A program made the translations under genes and the position numbers. From Candidatus Zhuqueibacterota bacterium (lineage in GTDB: Bacteria; Zhuqueibacterota; Zhuqueibacteria; Oceanimicrobiales; Oceanimicrobiaceae): a stretch of DNA of 64,000 bases. The notes under the pieces are model-generated. The model had not been told where the DNA came from, searched no databases, and saw only the letters and a program-made list of their open reading frames with translations. Position 1 is the first letter of the stretch; each line of letters begins with the position of its first letter. The stretch is taken from contig JAJDAG010000199.1 of NCBI GenBank assembly GCA_029262005.1, positions 9,531 through 73,530 on the forward strand, in the 5' to 3' direction. Below, in pieces: positions 28,296 through 36,828 of the stretch.

Positions 28296-30395
28296 TCACC
28301 TGGCAACACCTTCAGCGCGAAGCGATTTTTCCAGGTTGCTTGCAATTTTGAGTTTCTCTCTGTAAACGCAAGTCATCTGTTCATCGGAGAATGTTGTGCC
28401 TATTTTTATTAGCCGCTGCAAATGCTTTTTTTGCAGTTCTAAAATCATGAGGCTAAAGAAGGAATCTTTGAGTTCAGCGCGATGGTCTTTTATGGGGTCA
28501 ACCAAATTATTGTCAAAACATTCAAGAATTTGGCGTCTGAGAGGCGGTTCTGTATAATGGGCCTCAAGCGGTAAATAGAGGTCGCTGAGCATTTGCAGTG
28601 CGTCAAACCAGGCGCCTGAGTCAAAAGCTGCTTGCACTTGTTCGAGTTGGCAATAAATTTGAAGATTATCGCATGTGATTTGCAGGCCAGCTTCGAAAGG
28701 TAGTTCGAGATTGTCGCGCTTACAAATCATTTCCATTTTCTGGGCAGCCAGGTATGATTCACAGGCCATGGCACGGTTCCTTGGTTTTTCAGGCAGTTTT
28801 CTCCACTTTGTCAGCAATTTTCCGAGTTGCCGTTTAACTGTACTGCGTGGGAAATAGGCCGACTCGTTGCGCAGTTGAATATATTCGAGGCATGCCTGTG
28901 ATGCCGCAATAATTTCTTCACGGCTCTTTGAATTCCGGAATCGTTCACTGCGGTCTGTCCATGCCATTGTGATGACCTGCGGGGCGTGTTGCCGCAGGTA
29001 TTCGCGGGTCTGCTTCTCAAATTTATTGTCGAATTTTGTTTGCAGTCGTTCAAGTTGATAGCAGAGCGTTTCCGCCCATTCAATGAATCCATTTTGGGCT
29101 GTGCCGTCGCATGCCTTATCGATATCGTTCTTTAGCCGTTCAAACAGTGTGTACTGAATTTCTGCAATATGTTTTTGAGCGGTTGCTGATTTTGAATGCA
29201 GACCCGGTGAATTCCCGGAGCGCTCGTTTTCCCGGACAATTCGGTTAAATATATCGAGTGCGGCCTCCAACTGATTCTTTTTTTGCAGCTTAAGCCCGGT
29301 CTGAAATTTGAAATGCCTGACATATTTTTGCAATAATCTGTTGGTCCAGTTTTTGGGCTTGAGGAAACTCGTGGCGGCAATAACGATAAGCAAAATTAGA
29401 ATAAGGGGCGGTCCTGTTATACGCACCACGTGACTTTCAATGGCAAAAATGTCTTCAAGCCACCGGCCAAACCTGGCGTTTAAAGTTAAGGCTTCCGCAG
29501 TAACTGCCTCGAATGACGGATAGCCGTAGAGCTTAAACAATTGTGTTTCGGCGTGCCCTTCCAGGATGGCGCGCCGTACCAACTGGTAAAATGCCTGACT
29601 GCCTTCCTTGCGTTTCAAGTGTATTCCGGCGTTATATTGCTGCAGCAACTTGTCTGAATCCTTGCGCCCCGGATTTTGGTATTGAAAGTCTGATAATTGG
29701 TTTCCAGCCATGGCAATGGCGACCATCTCTTCAAACCATTCAGGGAGCGGTTCTCGCGAATATTGCCTTGTTATATCTGTGAGAAATATATGAATTAGCG
29801 TGTGGGTGAACATGGCGCCAACTGAACGAGATAATCCGTTTTGATTTCGCAACCAGGCTTCGTTCATAATAAGGAATCGGGAGCCGCCGTGCACGAATCG
29901 CGTGTAGGACGGGTATGCGCCGGGGCGCACGATTCTGACGAAAATCAGACTTTGACTGTTTGGTAAACGGAGTTTTTCTTTCAGGGATTGGGTTGTTGTG
30001 AGGTACTGCTTTTTTAGCGCCGTGGTAAGTGGCTCAATATTTTCTATACTATCATCAAAGTCGATACAAAGCTTGTTTTTCAGTAATAAATCGGGTGCGT
30101 AGATTATGTTTGGGACATGGTAGTTGAGCAGTTCTGACAAGGCGCTATCGCTCTCAATACTACTCACTCCTGTTTCTTGCAGATCGAGAAGAAGGTTTTC
30201 GTAATTCCAGGTCCATTGCCGCATTTCTGCCAGATTCCGAAGAGCCGGATTTAACATCTGTTGTTGGATCGCGCGGAATTGAGTCTGAAGACTGTCCGAC
30301 AAGGCGAACTGCTGCGGGTCTTTGGCACTTGCCGGCGCAAAGAGGGTTGTTTGCAACAGGAAAGTTAAATAGACAGCGGCTTTGGTGGTATTCAC
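28296..30395 (-). CDS. hypothetical 699-aa bitopic protein (signal peptide, ~330-aa periplasmic domain, one transmembrane helix, ~340-aa cytoplasmic domain), immediately upstream of fliF
   Basis: Signal peptide MNTTKAAVYLTFLLQTTLFAPASA. Internal transmembrane helix ITGPPLILILLIVIAATSFL. No motif I recognise. Confidence 0.5.
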   Translation of the reverse strand: MNTTKAAVYLTFLLQTTLFAPASAKDPQQFALSDSLQTQFRAIQQQMLNPALRNLAEMRQWTWNYENLLLDLQETGVSSIESDSALSELLNYHVPNIIYAPDLLLKNKLCIDFDDSIENIEPLTTALKKQYLTTTQSLKEKLRLPNSQSLIFVRIVRPGAYPSYTRFVHGGSRFLIMNEAWLRNQNGLSRSVGAMFTHTLIHIFLTDITRQYSREPLPEWFEEMVAIAMAGNQLSDFQYQNPGRKDSDKLLQQYNAGIHLKRKEGSQAFYQLVRRAILEGHAETQLFKLYGYPSFEAVTAEALTLNARFGRWLEDIFAIESHVVRITGPPLILILLIVIAATSFLKPKNWTNRLLQKYVRHFKFQTGLKLQKKNQLEAALDIFNRIVRENERSGNSPGLHSKSATAQKHIAEIQYTLFERLKNDIDKACDGTAQNGFIEWAETLCYQLERLQTKFDNKFEKQTREYLRQHAPQVITMAWTDRSERFRNSKSREEIIAASQACLEYIQLRNESAYFPRSTVKRQLGKLLTKWRKLPEKPRNRAMACESYLAAQKMEMICKRDNLELPFEAGLQITCDNLQIYCQLEQVQAAFDSGAWFDALQMLSDLYLPLEAHYTEPPLRRQILECFDNNLVDPIKDHRAELKDSFFSLMILELQKKHLQRLIKIGTTFSDEQMTCVYREKLKIASNLEKSLRAEGVAR

Positions 30396-30576
30396 TGGGT
30401 TTACTCAAATGAATTTAAGCCTGTCAATGAAGTCTGGCGTGTTGTGGTAGGCTTTCAGTGAAACTGAATGTACATAGAATTTGTACTGGAGACAAGTTAA
30501 ATTACGGTCGTAGTTTTTGTTAGATATGTCATGATTTTTTTCTTTACTTTTTCTGATTTTTGGTTTCATTAAGAGT

Positions 30577-33500
30577 ATGCCCAACAACGTCTTAAAAAGA
30601 TTTCAGCCGGCGGTTGCGCAGTGGTTTGTTGACTCATTTGCCGCGCCCAGTCCCCCGCAGGAAATGGGTTGGCCACAAATCGCTGCTGGAAAACACACGC
30701 TTATTCTTGCGCCAACAGGTTCCGGCAAGACACTGGCGGCTTTTCTTTGGTGCATTAATGATGTTTTGTGCCGGGAAACAAACAGCTTCGGCGGCGTTGA
30801 CGGTGTTCATACACTTTACATATCTCCTCTGAAAGCCTTGAATAACGACATCCATTGTAATTTACAGGCACCGCTGAAAGGGATAAGGCGGTATGCTGTT
30901 TCACAGGGTGAGAATTTGCCCGAGCTGCGGACAATGGTTCGTACCGGGGACACACCCTCGCATGTGCGACAGGCTATGTTAAAAAAGCCACCGCATATTT
31001 TAATTACAACACCGGAATCGCTTTATTTACTTTTGACCTCCGAACGGGGCCGGAAAATTTTTAGCGGCTTACGCTACATTATTTTGGATGAAATTCATGC
31101 GCTTTGCAACAGCAAGCGGGGCGTTCATCTCAGCTTATCTTTGGAACGCCTGATGCCCCTTTGCAGGCAGAATCCCGTGCGCATCGGCCTTTCCGCAACG
31201 CAAAAACCGCTGCAGCGCATTGCTGCATTCCTCGGTGGGCAGATTTTTTCAGATTCCCGGGAAAGGCCGCAGCAACGTCCGGTGCAGATTGTTGATTGTG
31301 GTCAGAGAAAAGATTTGGATTTGCAGGTCATTTCGCCTGTTGCGAGCTTTAGCGATCTGCCTGAGTCGTCAGTTTGGCCGGCAGTCATTGACAGACTTTA
31401 TGCACTGATTATCAGTCATGACACGACTTTGATTTTTGCTAATATGCGTACACAAACAGAACGCATTGCCCGTTTGTTGAATGAGAAGCATCAAGAGATA
31501 TCGGGTCAAAATGATGAGGTACTTGCTCTGGCGCACCACGGCAGCATTTCGCGCGAAAGCCGTTACGTTATTGAAGCTCGTTTAAAGGCAGGAGAGATTC
31601 CAGCGGTGGTTGCAACCGCCTCGCTGGAGTTGGGTATTGATATCGGCAGCATCGATCTTGTTGTGCAGTTGGAGGCGCCCCGCAATGTTTCAACGGCCTT
31701 GCAGCGGGTCGGGCGCAGCGGCCATTTACTCGGTGCCACCAGCAAAGGCCGGATCATGCCTCTGTACGCCTCTGATCTTGACGATGCCGTTGCCATGGCG
31801 AATTTCATGCAGCAGAGTGATATTGAAGAAACGCAGGTGTCAGAGAATTGTCTGGACGTTCTGGCACAACAGATCACTGCGGAAGTTGCCATGCGTGACT
31901 GGCAACGTGAAGCGCTTTTCAGGCTTTTTACCCAGAGTTACTGTTACCGCAATCTATCTGTAGCGGCCTTTAATCAGGTGTTGGAAATGCTGGCCGGGCG
32001 TTTTGCCGATGCCCCGCTTCGCAACTTGAAACCGCGCATTAGTTGGGATCGTGTCAACGACAAAATAATCGGCTTGCGTGGTTCGAAGTTGCTGGCTTGC
32101 ATGAATGGTGGCACCATTCCGGATCGGGGTTATTTCGCTGTTTATCTGGCTGACAGCAAGGTGCGTTTGGGCGAAATGGATGAAGAGTTTGTGTTCGAGT
32201 CTCGTGTGGGGCATGTTTTTTTTCTGGGAAACAATGAATGGCGCATTGAGGAAATCAGACAAGATCGCATCCTGGTCACTCCGGTGCGGGCGATAAAACC
32301 GCGCGCTCCTTTCTGGAAAGGAGACCGTCTTTATCGTGACTTTCAAACCAGCCAAAATATTGGCGCATTCCGCCGCCAGCTATTGACTGACTTGAATGAT
32401 AAGCTTCTGCCATTTGACACGCTTTTTTCCGACAGGGATAGCGTGACCAATTTGCGGGCTTATTTACAGCGCCAACAGGACGCGACCGGCAAGGTTCCAA
32501 CCGACAAAACTCTGGTTGTGGAACAGTTTCTGGACGGCACCGGCGAGCCGCATTTCATCCTCCACACCTGTCTCGGTGCGCGTGTCAATGGTTTGTGGGC
32601 CATGGCCCTTGCTGCATTTTTGGAGAAACAGCATGGCGTCGAAGTTCAATACACTTATGACGATGATGCTTTGCTGCTACGAATCCCGGACACAAACGAG
32701 CCGTTCTCTGTTGAGCAACTGCTTCGGAAGCCGGCAAATGAAGTAGAAAACCTGCTAATAGATGCCCTCTTCGATGCACCCATTTTCGCTGTCCGGTTTC
32801 GCCACAATGCCGCCAGGGCATTGCTTTTGACTCGTTCACAGCCCAATAAGCGTATTCCACTTTGGCTGCAAAGACTGCGCGCTGCAGATTTGCTGCAAAT
32901 TGTCCGGCAATACCCGGACTTTCCCATCCTCATCGAAACTTTTCGTGATTGCCTGCAGGAAGTATTTGATCTGGAGGCGCTCAAGCAGGTTCTCGAGCTT
33001 CTGCGCAGCGGTGAATTGCACGTTCATGTTGTGCATACAGTTAGTCCTTCACCCATGGCATCAGGGCTCATGTTCGATTTTCTATCAGAGAATTTGTACG
33101 AAGCAGATCGGTCGCGCCTGCCGGGTCAAATTGCTAAATTGAGCAGTGCGCTGCTTGCTGATATTCTCAATCGGGAAGAGATTCCGGCTATTGTTACCAC
33201 GGAGCTTATAAGAGAGGCCGAAGCCCGCTGGCAGCATCAGCACCCTTCCGTACAAGCAAAGGATGCTGAGAGCCTTTTTACCGTCATCGAAAAAATGGCA
33301 CCCATTTCAACTGACGCGCTGCAGAGCCGTGCAATCGGTTCCACGAAAGCATGGCTGCGGCAACTTGTGAAAACCAGGCGCATTCTTGAAATCGTTTCCG
33401 GCTGGATTCCAGCGCATGAGCAAGCACTTTTTCAATTGGAACACCCTGAAATTCTGCAATCTGCTCGCCCGGAAACCTGTGAGCGCATCCGTCGTTTCCT

Positions 33501-35088
33501 GCGTGTTCACGGTCCGGTATTATTGAGTGAGCTGGCTAGAGCGTTAAGCATTCCCGAAAATGTGACCGCTGAAATTTTGCAGGATCTGCGTAAAGAAAAG
33601 GAAGTTGTTTTTGGGCCTCTGATTTTGGATGACCCTGGCGAATATTGGTGCGACCGCCACAATTTTACCGAGCTCTACCGCCGTGCTGTATCCCAACGGC
33701 GTGACTTTGCCCGGGCTGCCAACCGCAAAGAGCTGTTTGCCTTTTTATTGAAATGGCATGCTGTTGCTGTGCCCGGCCAATCGCTTGATGCGCTGCTGCA
33801 GCGCTATACTGGTTTTCGTCTGCCTCTTGCCATTTTTGAACGCGAATTACTTCGGTCTCGTTTGGCTGCCGGGAACCCGGCTGAGTTGGCGGAAAAAGTT
33901 GAGGCATTGGAGCAACTCATCAGCAAGGGAGATTTTGTCGTTCGTGCATTCAATGATGGCGAAAGTGGCCGTGTCAACGTCGATTTTATTGCTCGCGGTT
34001 CGGGTAATATGTTTGAGCAGAAGAAAGCACTGATGCAGCGGGCTGACGATCTGGTAGAGCCGGCTGCATCAGTTTTTTCTTTTCTCAAAGAAAACGGTGC
34101 AAGTCTCATGCGGGATATTGAGGTGGGGTCCGGCTTGACCGCTTTTCAGACCCGGCAGGCTTTGACCGCGCTTGCCAAAGCAGGCCTTGCCACCACCGAT
34201 GCGTTCAGAGTTTTCGTTTCCATTCTACAGTCTGAAGCAGAGCAACCGGCCCCTGCAAACGATGCGTCGTGGCTACCAGATGCACCACCAAAGTGGGCAC
34301 AAAGCAGCCGCTCTCATCAAAGGCGAAAACGGCTTGTCCGTGCTGCCGTGCGCGAACAGGTGCTGCATGCGGATAGTCGCTGGTTTTTGCTGGACTCGTT
34401 TGCTGTGTTGGGTAAGCCTGTTTCGGAACAAGAACAGGCAGAACGCCAGGCCGGACTTCTGCTGCGGCGGCATGGTATTCTGGCAAAAGAGCACTACCGC
34501 CGGGAACAGGGCTTGTTGCCCTGGTTCGAAATTTTTAAGGTTCTGCGAAGATTGGAATGGCAGGGAGAAATTCGGCGCGGCTATTTTGTCGAAGGCCTTT
34601 CGGGCATGCAGTTTGCCCTGCCGGAGGCGCTGACGCTGCTACAAAAAACACAATCACAATCCGGCCGTTCTGCTGCAACGCCAGTACTCTTAAGTTCCAT
34701 GGATCCAGCGCTGCCATTTGGAAGCGGCTTTGATTGGGCCTTACAAGACACGCAAGATGAAAAAATCAGGGTTGTGCGAGGGGCTGGTAACCACTTTGTA
34801 TTTTTGGGTTCCACACCTGTATTTTACAGTGAAAATTATGCCACACGTTTATGGCAGTTATCACAACTCCCCCACACAGATATCGATTCTTGTGTCGATA
34901 TTTTTAAGTCTTTTCTGCAACTGCCCGCGCTTTTTCGGCCTCGAAAAAAGATTGAAATTCATGAAATAAACAGACAGGCAGCAGCCGAGAATGAGTTGTC
35001 CAAAGTATTTTTGCGCCGAGGTTTTGAGATTGCGGCTAAGAAGTTGGTCTTGTGGCCGAGTGGCCTGTCGCGGATAAGCTCCGAATAG
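30577..35088 (+). CDS. lhr: ATP-dependent helicase Lhr, long form (DEAD/DEAH core plus C-terminal extension)
   Basis: 1503 aa. Walker A LILAPTGSGKT, DEIH box ILDEIHAL, motif VI QRVGRSGH, and the extended C-terminal region characteristic of full-length Lhr. Confidence 0.8.
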   Translation: MPNNVLKRFQPAVAQWFVDSFAAPSPPQEMGWPQIAAGKHTLILAPTGSGKTLAAFLWCINDVLCRETNSFGGVDGVHTLYISPLKALNNDIHCNLQAPLKGIRRYAVSQGENLPELRTMVRTGDTPSHVRQAMLKKPPHILITTPESLYLLLTSERGRKIFSGLRYIILDEIHALCNSKRGVHLSLSLERLMPLCRQNPVRIGLSATQKPLQRIAAFLGGQIFSDSRERPQQRPVQIVDCGQRKDLDLQVISPVASFSDLPESSVWPAVIDRLYALIISHDTTLIFANMRTQTERIARLLNEKHQEISGQNDEVLALAHHGSISRESRYVIEARLKAGEIPAVVATASLELGIDIGSIDLVVQLEAPRNVSTALQRVGRSGHLLGATSKGRIMPLYASDLDDAVAMANFMQQSDIEETQVSENCLDVLAQQITAEVAMRDWQREALFRLFTQSYCYRNLSVAAFNQVLEMLAGRFADAPLRNLKPRISWDRVNDKIIGLRGSKLLACMNGGTIPDRGYFAVYLADSKVRLGEMDEEFVFESRVGHVFFLGNNEWRIEEIRQDRILVTPVRAIKPRAPFWKGDRLYRDFQTSQNIGAFRRQLLTDLNDKLLPFDTLFSDRDSVTNLRAYLQRQQDATGKVPTDKTLVVEQFLDGTGEPHFILHTCLGARVNGLWAMALAAFLEKQHGVEVQYTYDDDALLLRIPDTNEPFSVEQLLRKPANEVENLLIDALFDAPIFAVRFRHNAARALLLTRSQPNKRIPLWLQRLRAADLLQIVRQYPDFPILIETFRDCLQEVFDLEALKQVLELLRSGELHVHVVHTVSPSPMASGLMFDFLSENLYEADRSRLPGQIAKLSSALLADILNREEIPAIVTTELIREAEARWQHQHPSVQAKDAESLFTVIEKMAPISTDALQSRAIGSTKAWLRQLVKTRRILEIVSGWIPAHEQALFQLEHPEILQSARPETCERIRRFLRVHGPVLLSELARALSIPENVTAEILQDLRKEKEVVFGPLILDDPGEYWCDRHNFTELYRRAVSQRRDFARAANRKELFAFLLKWHAVAVPGQSLDALLQRYTGFRLPLAIFERELLRSRLAAGNPAELAEKVEALEQLISKGDFVVRAFNDGESGRVNVDFIARGSGNMFEQKKALMQRADDLVEPAASVFSFLKENGASLMRDIEVGSGLTAFQTRQALTALAKAGLATTDAFRVFVSILQSEAEQPAPANDASWLPDAPPKWAQSSRSHQRRKRLVRAAVREQVLHADSRWFLLDSFAVLGKPVSEQEQAERQAGLLLRRHGILAKEHYRREQGLLPWFEIFKVLRRLEWQGEIRRGYFVEGLSGMQFALPEALTLLQKTQSQSGRSAATPVLLSSMDPALPFGSGFDWALQDTQDEKIRVVRGAGNHFVFLGSTPVFYSENYATRLWQLSQLPHTDIDSCVDIFKSFLQLPALFRPRKKIEIHEINRQAAAENELSKVFLRRGFEIAAKKLVLWPSGLSRISSE

Positions 35089-35214
35089 GCCGGGAGCAAG
35101 AGCGGCATTGCAGTTCTACCATGTAAATGTCGGGTCGGTGTGGTTGACTTGTCCGGTATCCGTTGACCCTTTCTTTTATTGAGCAGCCTTGACTGTTGGC
35201 GCGCGCTACGGAAA

Positions 35215-35931
35215 TCAGGTATGACTACTACTATACCAGTGCGGAAATTGCTCTTTCAAGGCATTTAGAACAATGCTCTTAATCGTTGTTAAAGAAAGCG
35301 TCTCTGTGTTTATGACGAGGTCAAAATTGGTTGCAATATCCTCACCTTTGTGAAAGAATCGCTGCATGAAAGCTGTTTGGTTACGGTCGTCATTGTTGAC
35401 CATTGATTCTGCTTGCGCCTTGCCAACCTTGTGATTTCGCATAATATTTTCCACCCGGGCAGCAAAAGGGGCAAATAGCCGCAAGCGCAGAGTTGTTTCA
35501 GGCGCCAGGATAAAGTGACCGCCACGACCGACAATGACTGCCTCGCCATGTTTGCCGATACCGGTGATCACAGTCACCAGATGTTTGAAATATTTGTCAC
35601 TGCCCACGGCATAGCGGTCGAGAAGTGTGAGGACCCAGTTGTGGACTTCATTTTGACCTTTTTCATCGAAGCTGTCGATCAAGTGTTGTTGCACTTTGGC
35701 ATTCTCAGCAATATGTTCAACAATGTTTTTGTCATAGACTCGCCAGCCGAGCGCTTCAGATAAAGATTCTGCCAACGCAACCCCGGGGCAGCCCATTTCT
35801 CTGGAAATTGTGATGCACGGTTTTGTTGCTGGTTGCGGCTCGGCCGGGACTTTTGTGCGGGCGGTTTCCCACAAAGCGACTTGCCTGGAAATGATTTTTT
35901 CGATGGAGATATTGTTGTATAGGTGTCGCAT
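35215..35931 (-). CDS. cytidylate-kinase-like family protein (Cytidylate_kin2-type P-loop NTPase)
   Basis: CITISREMGCPGVALAESLSEALGWRVYDKNIV follows the ITISRE.GSGG...A..LA..LG....D..I pattern of that family. Confidence 0.6.
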   Translation of the reverse strand: MRHLYNNISIEKIISRQVALWETARTKVPAEPQPATKPCITISREMGCPGVALAESLSEALGWRVYDKNIVEHIAENAKVQQHLIDSFDEKGQNEVHNWVLTLLDRYAVGSDKYFKHLVTVITGIGKHGEAVIVGRGGHFILAPETTLRLRLFAPFAARVENIMRNHKVGKAQAESMVNNDDRNQTAFMQRFFHKGEDIATNFDLVINTETLSLTTIKSIVLNALKEQFPHWYSSSHT

Positions 35932-35947
35932 GATTCACCCCTTTCAG

Positions 35948-36493
35948 CTAATTCTTCGGCACTTTTGTTATCAACTCAGGATGCTGTTTGCGGAAGTTTT
36001 CAATAATCAGACAATTCCAGCATACGGCCATGTGCGTTTCGAGCAGGGTCGGCAGGGCTTCGATTGCAATTTCCTCCCATTCAACCAATTTCTTTTCCGG
36101 ACTCAATAACGCTGGTTTGTGGTCATGCCAGTGAATCTGCTCAAAGGCTTTGCCGCAATAATAGCAAGCGTGAGTTGAAAACCAGTCTTCCAGAATGCTC
36201 CGGGCAAGACAGTTTTCAGGTGCCGCCTCAATCTGTGTGAGACATGCCTGGTCGCAATTTTCACGTTCCGGCCAGTTTGAGCACTTGTTCAGTCTGATGT
36301 CCTGCACGTCTGTAACAACGGTTATTGCCGCGTGTTTCGAATCGACCTGCACGGCGGCAGCTTGTTGCGTGGCCGGACAGGTAACAATTCGTTTCCCATG
36401 CCACTTGAAATAATTTTTAAAGAAAGTTCGTGAAATTATGACCAGAATCAGGATAATAGTGGCCGCAATTATCAGATAGAGTGCGTCAATCAT
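35948..36493 (-). CDS. Cys-rich single-pass membrane protein (hypothetical, possible metal-binding)
   Basis: Start moved to the internal ATG at 36493, which has a perfect GGAGGTG ribosome-binding site 6 nt upstream. N-terminal transmembrane helix ALYLIIAATIILILVII. Cys pairs CPATQ, CDQAC, CYYCGKAF, CWNC. Confidence 0.45.
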   Translation of the reverse strand: MIDALYLIIAATIILILVIISRTFFKNYFKWHGKRIVTCPATQQAAAVQVDSKHAAITVVTDVQDIRLNKCSNWPERENCDQACLTQIEAAPENCLARSILEDWFSTHACYYCGKAFEQIHWHDHKPALLSPEKKLVEWEEIAIEALPTLLETHMAVCWNCLIIENFRKQHPELITKVPKN

Positions 36494-36828
36494 TTTATTC
36501 ACCTCCAGTTGGGCTGAGTGAAGGGCTGATTTCTGAGTTTCAAATATCGTGCCTTTTGTACTCGGAGTTAAGTGATTGATTTTTAAGGAAACCGGCTTCC
36601 GAGCATTCTTATTCATGGGAAAAAAAGTCTTGATTCTTAGTTTGGCAACCGCAGCATTTATCTTCAATTGATGTTCTGCTCACGGTTTTTTCACTGGGTC
36701 TGGCGTACTCTGGTCGATGTTGAGGCCAATCGCTGTCTGCAAAAAAGCGCTTAAAAAAGCAACCAGCTAATGTTCTGAGAGAATGCCGGTAATTAGCTTA
36801 TCTATAAAGTAGTTGCATAAGATTAGAG

